From Dimorphilus gyrociliatus (lineage: Eukaryota > Animalia > Annelida): a stretch of DNA of 64,000 nt. This document shows, piece after piece, positions 12,239-24,988 of this stretch; positions within the stretch are counted from its first letter, which is position 1, and every line of letters begins with the position of its first letter. The notes beneath the pieces were generated by a model. That model was not told where the DNA came from. It did no database searches and saw only the letters and a list, made by a program, of their open reading frames with translations. The stretch lies in NCBI GenBank assembly GCA_904063045.1, contig CAJFCJ010000006.1:682001-746000 (forward strand). The letters run 5' to 3'. The translations under genes and the position numbers were made by a program.

Positions 12239-14506
12239 ATGACGACGGTTATAAATATGAAGCCTTCCTTTGACGCTATCCCGTCAGATGTCTCAGAAAC
12301 AAACAAATCTCCCAGGTTAGTAGTTGTATAGCTCACGCTAAGTTTTTTTGGCACCCATCCAATTCTTCATTACGTTCGCAGCAGTCATATAATTTGTTTA
12401 ACTTTAGCAATATATCAATGCTATTACTAAATTTTTTAAAGGAAAAAGTGCGATTTCATTGGTAAGAGATACCTGCTTAAAATAATATGCTAACAACTTA
12501 TGTAATCATTCGTAATATGACTTTAATTCTACTCGTTAAATTTTTTCGCTGAAGCCTTGATAATTTGTCGAGTTGATCGAGTCGTTATCTAATATAATAC
12601 TTAAAGCAAATGAATGTAAAAAGTATTGCCAAGTTTAGCAGATGTGAGTTCTTGTTAGTTTTCTTAACAAATGTTCAATTGCAGGAGATCAAGACGAACG
12701 AGCATGGAAAGTTTGTTCAAAAGCCCCAGCACGATGACTCTGAGCAACGTAAGTTAATTGTTTGTTAACGATAAATTTCTAATTTATATTTGCAGAAAAG
12801 AAGAAAACGTCAAAAACCTGACGACGATTCTTTAAGCTTGCACAGTGTCGATATGAATTTAAATAAAGATTCAAAGAAGAAAAAGCGTCTTTCCTTACAA
12901 AGATCCATAAATTCTATCTCTAATCTTTTCTCATCGCCGAAATCCAAAGTTTCAAACGCATTGAATGTGAGAAGTCGTTTTTGATTCTGCAGATTAATAG
13001 ATTTTTTTTTAATTAGCGATCAATCAGTTTAAAATCGTTGGTCTCACCTGCCAAAAGTGATAAGAATACATCCCAGTACAAACTACCACCCAAAACTCCT
13101 ACAAAGAGAAGACAGAGCGTATTTTGGGTGGACACAGTTAAGGAAGAAGCCAGGTCAAAATACACTTCTAATGAAATAGAGAGACAGGAGGCAATCTATG
13201 AGGTATACAAAACAGAAGAAGAATTGGTTGAAGACCTAAAAATGGTCATAAAGGTATGACTCATACAGTAATTATTAACTTGTTTAATATTCTGTTTTTT
13301 CAAGACGTACAGAGACTCAATGAAGCAGTTGGGATTATTGACGAACGAAGAATGTCACAGGATATTTGGTGATATTGATGAATTCGTTCCTGTACATGAA
13401 AACTTAGTGACTTTACTCAAAACTTGTATGCTCCCTGATGGTAGTTTCTCCTCTGTAGGAGTAATACTTAAAAACTGGGCACGCTCTATTCGATGTTATG
13501 TTTCTTATTGTTCAAATGAAGTTTATGCACATTCATTATTAGATGAAAAAAGATCTGATCCCGCTGTTTTAGATTTTTTACAACGGTGTCAAGAATCACC
13601 ATTCAGTAGAAAATTAGATCTATGGAGCTTCCTTGACGTCCCACGAAGTCGAGTTGTTAAATACCCATTGTTATTTAAAGCTATTCAAAAAGCAGTCAGT
13701 AATTTCCTTTCACTTTTAATTACTTCTAAATGAATGTTTTTTAGACACCACTTGATCACAAAGATACAGCAAACATTAATGAAGCTCTCAGTATCTGTGA
13801 GGATGTTATAAGCGAAATTGATAGAGAAACTGGAATAAAAAAATGTGAGTTTACCAGGGACAAATTGGACTATTTGGAGGAAGGACAGAAAGAATGTGGA
13901 ATTGAGGAATCGAAAGCCATACTTTGTGACGGAGTTTTAAAAAATAGTCGTGGCACGGTAAAAATATTCTTACTTCCTAGCAAGTGATTATGAGTCAGCT
14001 TCTTTTTCAGAAATTAACTGCCTTTCTATTTGAAAAAGTTTTAGTCCTCACACGGCCAGCAACTAGAAATGGAACTTTGCGCTATCAAGTATATAGGCAA
14101 CCTATTCCATGTGATCAACTTTGCATAGAAGATATTCCTGACGGTCAAGTCAAAGCCGGTTCATTTCGCACAGCCTTTTCTTCCAATCAAACAAGTTGTA
14201 TTATTTTAATTCTATTCATCACATAATAATAATTGAATGTCAATAGCAAAAAACGTTTTTCGCGTTTCTTTCCGCGAGTCTTCATCCGGTCAAGGATATA
14301 GCTTACAAGCACTTGACGAACATGACAAAAGACAGTGGTTGCAATGCTTACGAAGAGTTTTACCGGCCAGAGGAGAACCTGATGGCGCTGAGAGTGCTAA
14401 ATGTGGTGAAGATGATTCATTTCCAGATCCAACTTTGAGTTTGAGTTTCGAATCGGAGTGCTCATTTTCGTCTGATGTTTGTAGTCTAAGTAAGATTGAC
14501 GAATAG
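12239..14506 (+). CDS. NET1/ARHGEF3-family RhoA GEF (DH-PH)
   Basis: DH motifs EIERQEAIYEV, RKLDLWSFLDVPRSRVVKYPLL. PH motifs FLFEKVLVLTRP, YQVYRQPIP, DEHDKRQWL. Basic NLS-like N-terminus KRRKRQK. Confidence 0.92.
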
Positions 14507-14621
14507 CCATGTCTTTGTTGTTTTCTTACATTTATATATATATATTTGGATCCAAAATACACTTTTGATTAGCTTTTCGGCCTAGAGATAAACGACACGC
14601 CTACTTTTGAACTCTTTCACC

Positions 14622-15336
14622 ATGGTAGATCAAGCTATATCTAGACTCTCCTCAAATTTGAGTGTTTGGGCAGAAGTCAATATATTGTTGATAATATTTG
14701 CAAATGTAGGTGGTTTTATTGCCTTTGTTTCTACAAATTGGGCAGGACCCAAGAATCAAGGGGAAAACAAGGACGAATTTATTAGCATCGGTTTGTGGAA
14801 AACTTGTAGTCTTGAGAGATCTGGCGCTATTATAAAATGCCACGGCCCTCGATTCTTTGTTTGGTCTCGTGAGTACATTATTAACCTATAACTGTCGTCA
14901 AATGCACAATTTTCTCTCAGCTTGGTTTAAAGCTAGTCAAGCAATGATAACTCTTTCATTTATTGCTCTTGTTTTGGCATTCGGAGTTCACTCCGCTAGA
15001 TCTTGTGTGACACGAATTCAAAAATACCAGTGGGTTATAAAATTATTCATTTTATTATGTTTTATTCAAGGTAACTTTAATTTGATCTAATCGAAAGAAT
15101 CTGATTTCATTTCTGCAGCTTTTTTTTCTATGATTGGGTTGACGATATTTGGCGCGAGTCATAAGAATATAAAACTAGAGGGAAACGGTGAAAAATTTAG
15201 ATTAGAGTGGTCGTTCTATTTATGGCTAGCTTCCACTATTTTAGTTCTTTTGTGTTCGGCTTTATCTGTTCTAGAAATAAAATATTCAATGCAAACTACA
15301 AATGATGGAATGAATGATCAACTCGATATGAATTAA
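14622..15336 (+). CDS. Claudin/PMP22-like tetraspan protein (3 exons)
   Basis: Four hydrophobic segments, NW...GLWKTC...C motif, AWFKASQA, and FRLEWSFYL before TM4. Confidence 0.85.
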
Positions 15337-15419
15337 AAGTGTTTAATAAACTATAATTTTTTTAATTTATTATAAGCGTTTAATAAATCTGGAAAAATAA
15401 ACAAAGTATTGGAGAATTT

Positions 15420-15618
15420 TTAATTCGTTTCTTCCCCTATAAGTGCGCTGGCTGAAACAAGAGGTCATATAAAACACATGTCTATATTTTATCGCTCACT
15501 AACCAATTTTAAGAACAGTGCAAACACCTAGAAAAAGAATAAGGGTGTCTCTAACTGATTTTTTGGCTGCGCTTTCCCATTGCTCCGGGTTTTGTCCTTC
15601 AGAACCATAACTTATCAT
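15420..15618 (-). CDS. 48-aa single-TM microprotein, TOM5-like (not in ORF track)
   Basis: Exons 15618-15504 and 15451-15420, with a 52-nt GT-AG intron, give MISYGSEGQNPEQWESAAKKSVRDTLILFLGVCTVLKIASALIGEETN. Size and pattern resemble recalled TOMM5 ([29 protein letters not shown]). Confidence 0.55.
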
Positions 15619-16184
15619 TTTTAGGATTAACTTCTTTTATTAATGTTCTCGGAATTAAAAACGGGTAGTAAGAGAAAGTATAAAAGAGACGATTGACTTT
15701 CAAAAAAAATGTTCTAAAACTTAATTGGCTAAGTTTTTAAGATGATATATATTTGATATATTTTTAGCATAAAAATTATCACTTAGATGAGGACATTATA
15801 AATAATTTTAATTATTTCTCTGCGAAGATAGAATAGTAAAGTTTTTCAAAAATATTCTTTTTATAATACATATTTTTTTAATATTTAATTTGAAAACTTA
15901 CAATAAATGTTTATGTGTGTATGTAGTAAAGAAAAATAATTATTTTTTATTAAGGCAGTTGCTTTAGTCAATGACTTTGATTTTTGGAATTTTTAAATAG
16001 TTATGGAAGTCAAGTCAATTAGTTTCGTAGAAACTCAAAATTGAGAATGATTCAAACTTTTTCTTGTTGATTTTTCTCTTATATAATCGTCAAAATATCT
16101 ACTTATTAGAAAAATAATTTGTCAAAACCCTACTGGCTCCCCCAGGCGGTGACTTATGCACTTTTTCCACACGCTAATTTAGCT

Positions 16185-18099
<1,915 letters not shown>

Positions 18100-18512
18100 G
18101 ATAAGTACGCTTACTGAGACGTGATTACTTGGTAACTGTTATCAGAGAGGAAGTTTTGTAAAGAATGTTAATGGAATGAAATTAAATATATTAACATTTT
18201 CAGTTTGGTGAATACAGTAAACGTTATAAGTTTATTCTTGTATACCTGATTTTCCCTACTGAATAGAAAACTGACTGGTATTAAAATTTCTGATTGCATA
18301 AGTGGAAAGGTATAGAATTTGCGCGAAATAGTAGTCTTATTGCACAACAGTTTGAAGTTTTGAATGTATGGAGTGAAGAAAATTAGTTTATCAGTTTTTA
18401 AAACAAATTGATTTCTTTGAGAAACAAAAGTGTACTTGCATTGTTCAACACCACCAAATACCCCTGTATATAGTATTACATAGGCAGCAATCAGCAAACT
18501 AAAAAGAATAAT

Positions 18513-18788
18513 TTAGGCAAGGTTGATCAGTGAATCTGCATCAACTTGACGTTGCTGTAATTCTTCCAAGTAGCGTTCGTATCTAAGGTATGGCGGAAAA
18601 TTCGCATCGACGACAGTTCTTAGCATTTCATTCCTCGTTGTTTTATCCCAACTCTTAACAACTCTGAGTCGGTGAAGGTGGTCTATTAATCCACTCGTTG
18701 TCTTTTCTTTCTTAAACCTGCGTTTCTCAATTTTAATCGGGCAAGAACTATGCTTTAAGAGCTCAAGCTTTAATCGCCAATCTGTCAT
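18513..18788 (-). CDS. Hypothetical 91-aa protein
   Basis: Intronless ORF with a good start context (gacgccATG) and protein-like composition. Paired ATTGG boxes lie about 100 nt upstream. No family recognised. Confidence 0.5.
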   Translation of the reverse strand: MTDWRLKLELLKHSSCPIKIEKRRFKKEKTTSGLIDHLHRLRVVKSWDKTTRNEMLRTVVDANFPPYLRYERYLEELQQRQVDADSLINLA

Positions 18789-19299
18789 GGCGTCTCTAAC
18801 AACCGGAAGCCAATTATACTTTCAGCCTAGAATTATTTGTCTTATAAATTATGCTTTGGATTACAGTCTCAAACTTGAAATAAGATAATTATTGGCTATT
18901 GATTGGCCGCACGCATAGATTTTATTAAATTAATAGTCTACTCCAGAACAAATAGTCTAGACCATTTAAAAAAATTTAATTACATTACGAATAAAAAGAG
19001 AAATTGAAGGGCTCTTTTCTTCAAATGACTATCTGCAACTAGTATCCAATCAAAAAAAAATTTGGTAAAGAAATTCATCTTTTCAAATTAGAACTTATGA
19101 AACATTTGTAATAGGGTAAATTGACAGAAAACTCTCAATTAATTGCGGTTACGTGATGACGCCAATAAGTCCATAAAATCGTTCGTATTCGACGTTTTTT
19201 TATTAAAACATCAATGAACAGCCGGATTCGATCGCTGATTCGGAAATTGATTTAAACGCCCGATCAGTACTTTATACACTTATTCAAAAACTAGACGGC

Positions 19300-19923
19300 A
19301 TGGGGATATGTTCGAGTGTTGAAAAATCTTTTATTGTTTCTAATATATCGAAGAATATTGTTGTTATTTTTTCCAGTACAAAGAGTCAACATTCTAAGAT
19401 AGCCAAGAAGGTTATCGTTATTAATCAGAATTTCATTGAAAAGATCTATATAATTGTTTGAGAATTTAAAATTTCAAGATTTTACTTTACAAATGAATAT
19501 CATAAAACATACTGTAGGTGAAATGAGTGCTAATATTTTAAAATTTCAGATACTTAAGCAAGTTGGAGCTAAATATAAGCAGATTGAGTTGAATGAAATG
19601 GAAAATGGATTAAAAATATTGGAAAAACTAGGCGAAATGACCGATCACGCTACTCTTCCGAGAGTCTTTATTAAAGGAAAATGTATAGGCGGTAAGTAAA
19701 TGTGGCAATTTATAGATTTGAATAAGACTGTAAAAATATTTCAGGGGCTCAAGAACTAGCTGATTTACACAAGAGCGGTGAACTGAAGGTAATGCTTAAA
19801 AATCTAAATGCAATATGGTCAGAAAATGAAAAAGAATCAGGCCAAAAAATTGACGAGATTGAAGAAGATCAAAATGAAAACGAGGAAGAAGTCCGAAGAG
19901 ATTCAACTATTAGCACAAACTAA
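19300..19923 (+). CDS. Glutaredoxin-fold protein lacking both active-site cysteines (pseudo-glutaredoxin), N-terminal MGICSS
   Basis: Three exons: 19300-19410, 19550 to about 19691, about 19745-19923. Product ISKNIVVIFSSTKSQHSKIAKKIL...TLPRVFIKGKCIGGAQELADLHKSGELKVML aligns to the Grx2 pattern with SQHS in place of CxYC. Confidence 0.8.
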
Positions 19924-20030
19924 ACAAGTAATTTAATTTTTTAAGTTTTCATTTCAAGCAAACTTGACCTATGATGTCTAAAATGGAATATTCACAACGT
20001 CACGTTTAAAAAATTGATACTGATACTTAT

Positions 20031-21199
20031 TTATGAAGATTTTCCAAAAAGTTTCCCACCACTTCTTATTCTGCAAAATAAAGTCTGAGTCTTGTGCCAT
20101 TCTTTGTTTACAGTTTTACGTACTTAGATTTGCTAGCCTTTTTTGCGGGTTTTTCACTTGCGGAAGCACTATCTGTAATCATTTGCTCTGCTTCCGCGCT
20201 CTCAACCTGCTGAGTTGCTTTAAGAGTCTGCTTGATGCTTGATATCTGAATGGATCGCAGGAACATCAGTAAAGTAATAATCAACGGAATATATTTGACT
20301 CACTTCCTGGTCTACTTTGGCTTGAATCTCCGATTGTTTAGCTTTTCTCGTATTGGCCTTGCGAATTTGTTTTTCGATATTTGTTTGCATATTTTCACAG
20401 TTCGCACACCTTATAAATAAAATAATTAAATACTAATTCAATGAGGACGAAAGAGCACAACCAAATTTCCAATGTTTGAATTATGTCCTTTACCGCAGCC
20501 GGAGTAACATCGCGCCCAATAGAATAATCAACTTCAAGCCTTTGATTTCGTTGATCCAATTTACCCTCAATGACGTTTGCATAAATTATCTCAATAATTA
20601 AATCCTTAAATATAACAAACTTTTGACAAGATTTTTTTTAAGAATTTGACTACAAACCTCTAGTTCTCGGGTGTTTTTCATATCTAATTCTTCCAATAAA
20701 GTCGAATATGGTATTCTCTATATGAAAATAAAAACTCTTTCTAATTATGCTATTGAAAAAGATATGAAAATTTACCTTGTCAATTAGCGATAAAGATACG
20801 ACTGTTAATGCTTTTAGCTTTCTTAACATAGTATCAGTTAACTCGGGTAGTTGATCTATGTTTTCTATTTAAAAAATATGTCATTAGAAACGTGTTTCTT
20901 AGTTTTATCATAGTTACTTCTATATTCTTTGTAAGTTCCATAAGCAAAGAGATTTAACGCATTTAGATATTTCGAATATTCGCCTTCTGATAACTGTATA
21001 TTATTTATAGTAAGTTATTAGTACACTTTGTATATCCTCATACTTCACAAATGTTAGGCATATCCAATAATTCACCAAAAACATAAACGTTTGGTGCTTC
21101 AAGGACTTGGTTGATCAATTCAGCCATAGCTGCCCCCTTTGCAGTCTTAGCAAGCAAAACATATTGCTCCAGAGGATTTGAAACAGTTTTCTCGGACAT
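20031..21199 (-). CDS. COPS7: COP9 signalosome subunit 7
   Basis: [24 protein letters not shown]...[56 protein letters not shown] (PCI domain). Confidence 0.95.
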
Positions 21200-21577
21200 T
21201 CTAAAGCTCTTTACGCTGTTTTCTTTCTCTGGCTGAAATCGAATAAAAAGAACTTGACGATCACAAGCACATTTTAATACGTCAATAATCCATTTAAAAA
21301 GTTATTTCAAGCATTTAAAATTAGGTGAGTATATTAATATAAAATAATTTTTTCTGAAATTTAAGAATAGAGGTAATTGTTGCTAGTATACACCAAAAAA
21401 TAACGTACATCTAGTATTATTAGTCGTTTCCGGCTTCCGTAAAACATTCCATGAAAAAAATAAAGATCAAATAATTACCAGTTTGTATAGGTACACGTTG
21501 TCGCCATGTTATTACTGTCGAATTAGTTGGAATGCTAGAAACTTATGATAAAATAAATTTTTGACAATAAGAAAATA

Positions 21578-22580
21578 ATGAACATGATTCGAAGAAATAA
21601 CCCTACATCTAAAATTTTAGCATTAGTTGCTGGTGGGGTTTTATTACTATTTGTTATTTATATCTGGCATGATACTTTAGGGCGCTTGAGAAAAAGCGAA
21701 GAAACAAATGAACATTTGAACCAACAGCGTGATTCTCTGTCAGCACAATTGAGAGGTACAAGTATAAAACTGCATGGTATATAGTTATAACCCTTTTGCA
21801 TTATAGTTATATATGAACATAAAAGTAAGCTGGAGAAATCTTTACGAGATGATCGACAATCTTTTAAAAAATTCAAGACAGGTAATGTCAATTAAATATA
21901 GTCATCATATTATTTATTTTATTTTAACTAAACTATGTAGAATTGGAGGAAAAATCAGGTGAAACTGAAAAAAAGTTTTCTATGGAAAAACAAAGCCTTC
22001 TAAGCAAAATAGAAAGACTCAAACAGGACTATAAAATGCTTCAGGTACAAAAATTTAATTTTCAGTTTGTTTTTTGTTCACTTCCTGCTGATTCCATTTA
22101 GAGTCAACACCAAGATATGGAGAGTGAATTTAATCGATTAAATGAACTTTACAAAAAAGATAAAACTGACTTTTCGGCTGAAAGAGACAAGCATCATAAG
22201 GACTATCTCAAACTTCGAGACTATGCTTCAACTCTAAAAGAAAGTAATGATATATTAAACAATAAGAATATACTCCTTGAAAATGAGTCGAAAAAGTTGA
22301 AGAATGAGGTTAATTTACAATTTTTTGTTTTCATTTAGTTTACGTTTATATTCCATAGATTCTTTCAAAACAAAGAGATCAGACCGAAGCCCAGCAAGTA
22401 AGTTGATAAAATTGGATTTTAAAAGCATATTTAATACTCAAAACAAAAAAAAACAAGTTGTTCACAAAAGCGACAAATATGTATAAATTAATAAATATTT
22501 CGCAACAGCGTCATCAACAACAGCAGCAATTGTTTCAGCAACAACAACAACAACAGCAACAACAACAGCAGCAGCAACAA

Positions 22581-22615
<35 letters not shown>

Positions 22616-22655
22616 ACAACAACAACAGCAACAACAACAGCAGCAACAACAACAA

Positions 22656-22690
<35 letters not shown>

Positions 22691-22706
22691 ACAAGAACAG
22701 CAGCAA

Positions 22707-22738
<32 letters not shown>

Positions 22739-23772
22739 ACAGCAACAACAGCAGCAGCAACAACAACAACAACAACAGCATTTCCAACAGCAACAGACTC
22801 AGGAAGGTTTGCAGCACGGACAAAATCAATCTCAAGATCACATTAAATCACTCCAGCAACCACAGTTGAATCTTTCTGCATCTCATCAGCTGTCAAAAAA
22901 TAACCCTGATGACAAAAGTTTTGCTAGGGATAGAAATGATGAGACTATTGGAGTTTGTATTTGAATTTATTTAAAATACTTGAAACTATTGATAACTTAA
23001 CTTTAGAAAATTCCGGAAATTGAAAAGATGATCAATTCTCAAGTCAAAGCGTCTAAACCTTCAATTCCTATAGCAGGTAGGTCGATAATTTGAATACTGC
23101 AAACTGAAATGAAGAATATGAAATCTAACAGGTTTCGGATCGACTAGAGATAAAAAGGATTCTCTACAAGAACTGAAGGAACAGATTGACCATAATATGC
23201 AATTAAGACAACCTGGTTCGTGAAATTTTAGTGAATCAATTAATTGAACTATCTTGAAGATATCTCTTCACAGTTGAAGATAGAGAGGGACCAAAGCTTA
23301 AGCAAGACCATCAAGTAAAGCCCCCCTCATTACAAGTTAGCTAATTGGTTTTAACTTCTTTCGAGAAGATAAATATTTTTTTGTTTTTAAGGACATAGAA
23401 GGTGATGATGATCGCAGAAGGCGTCAAGGTAGGCTTATTAGTTTAAGGAGATTTTACTCCATCTCCTAAGTTGATTGGTAGATTGTGGTGTTTTGATAAA
23501 TAGTACTTTCTAAATAGAAATCGCTGGAAAGTGAAACACCATTGTAAGGGTTTGTGCCGGCTGTATCTATGGATATTAGGAAATTCATTACTGTTTTATA
23601 TAAACTTGGGCAGAACGCTATATTTTTTATTTAGGATTAAAATAGCTATTTCGCTTTCTCCAATCAAGGGCATTCATTTTGTTTCCTTTTTAACTTTTTT
23701 TCATTTTTTCCAGAAGAAAATGGTGATAGGGATGACGTTTACCATGCTGATGATTTAAATATAAATGGTTAA
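21578..23772 (+). CDS. GOLIM4: Golgi integral membrane protein 4 (GPP130)-like, type II membrane, coiled-coil and polyQ
   Basis: N-terminal TM, then DSLSAQLRVIYEHKSKLEKSL (recalled GOLIM4 ESLSAQLQVVYEHRSRLEKSL), MLQSQHQD and an acidic C-terminus. Confidence 0.85.
22515..22797 (+). repeat. Mixed CAA/CAG trinucleotide repeat encoding polyglutamine (53Q-E-27Q core)
   Basis: 22536-22694 is 53 CAA/CAG codons, then GAA at 22695, then 27 more CAA/CAG codons (22698-22778). Confidence 0.97.
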
Positions 23773-24040
23773 GGAAAAGACGCAAACTAAACATCACGGA
23801 TAGAGGGAATCATTAACTTTTCGGATATAAACAAATCTATAATTATTTTTTTTGCTGTTCTGTACAATTTATGCTTTTTCTACCACATTACTAAAGCGGT
23901 TGTAGACGTTTCTAATTGTTGAAGCTGTGATATGTTCTAATTGTATACAAATTATATTAATGCAAAATTAGCTGATCTGTTGTACAATTAGAAGTGATAG
24001 TTATTATAACTCAAAACATTACATATTACAACAATCAGAG

Positions 24041-24854
24041 TCAACGTAAAGAATTAGCTCTTTCTCTTTGAATATCTAAGCTGCCTCTTCTTCCTATGAG
24101 GGATCCCCTTCTAGAATCGTTACCACCGCTATCATCCGAAGTATTCGATTTTAAGCTTCCTGACCTAGAGCGTGAAGGTCTTCCTATACTGCCAGACCTA
24201 TCTCGCCTAACTGCATAGGGATTGTTGGCAGCCTTTGCTGCTCCTTCCAAAATCATTTGAATTGTTCTGCTTTCGATTGCAGTTTGAATAAAATTTTCTC
24301 GTCGAATTTTATCGCTCGAGCTGGCCCTTTCAAAAATGTATTCAACAAGATCGTCTACATTTCCTTCTCCGATTCCATGTAGAACATTAGCTCGTAAGTT
24401 AGTCAGAGACTATAAGAAAAATGTTCAAATAAATATTCTAAATACATGACAAAGACTTAATATCTACCGTAATCATTTGTTTTACTTCATCCTTAGTTAT
24501 ATATTGCGTTCTATGAATATCGTACATATCGAATAGCCATAATAACTTCTGCTTTAGGGATCCCTTAAGCTGAATATTAAGTGTTAGCATAAATTGACGA
24601 AAATTAATATGACCTTTTCCAGATTGATCAAATGTTCGGAATACATGCTCAGCAAATTTTTCTGCGTCACCGTTGGGAAATATTTCACTGTACATTTTTT
24701 TAAATTCGTCGACGGTCATATGCATCTTTGATTTATCCTTACAATCATGCAAAAACTGACGATACAAATCACCAATCTCCTCTCTGGTGAATTGTGTCTG
24801 CTGTTCAAGATCATTAATGATTTCTGGCTTAAGAGTTGAAGTCTTGTTACCCAT
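24041..24854 (-). CDS. Neurocalcin/hippocalcin-like neuronal calcium sensor with degenerate EF-hands and an extended basic Ser-rich tail
   Basis: MGNKTSTLKPEIINDL, TQFTREEI, FPNGDAEKFAEHVFRTFD, GSLKQKLLWLFDMYD. Exons 24854-24468 and 24409-24041. Confidence 0.88.
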
Positions 24855-24907
24855 TATTTTATGAAGCTTTAGAAATTTTGACAACTTAAATTAATCTATA
24901 AAGGCAT

Positions 24908-24952
24908 GTGATAAGACGATCTGAGATGATAAAAAATGGTCAGTGATAAGAC
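24908..24952. promoter_or_regulatory. GATA-site cluster (GTGATAAGAC twice plus TGATAA) upstream of the neurocalcin-like gene
   Basis: 10-bp direct repeat at 24908-24917 and 24943-24952, with a third TGATAA at 24927-24932. Confidence 0.45.
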
Positions 24953-24988
24953 ATTAGGTATGTGTTTTTTTTATATGTTTGAGCTTGT

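Noticed and set aside
22488-22841. Minus-strand poly-leucine ORF
   Set aside because: It is the antisense shadow of the CAA/CAG repeat.
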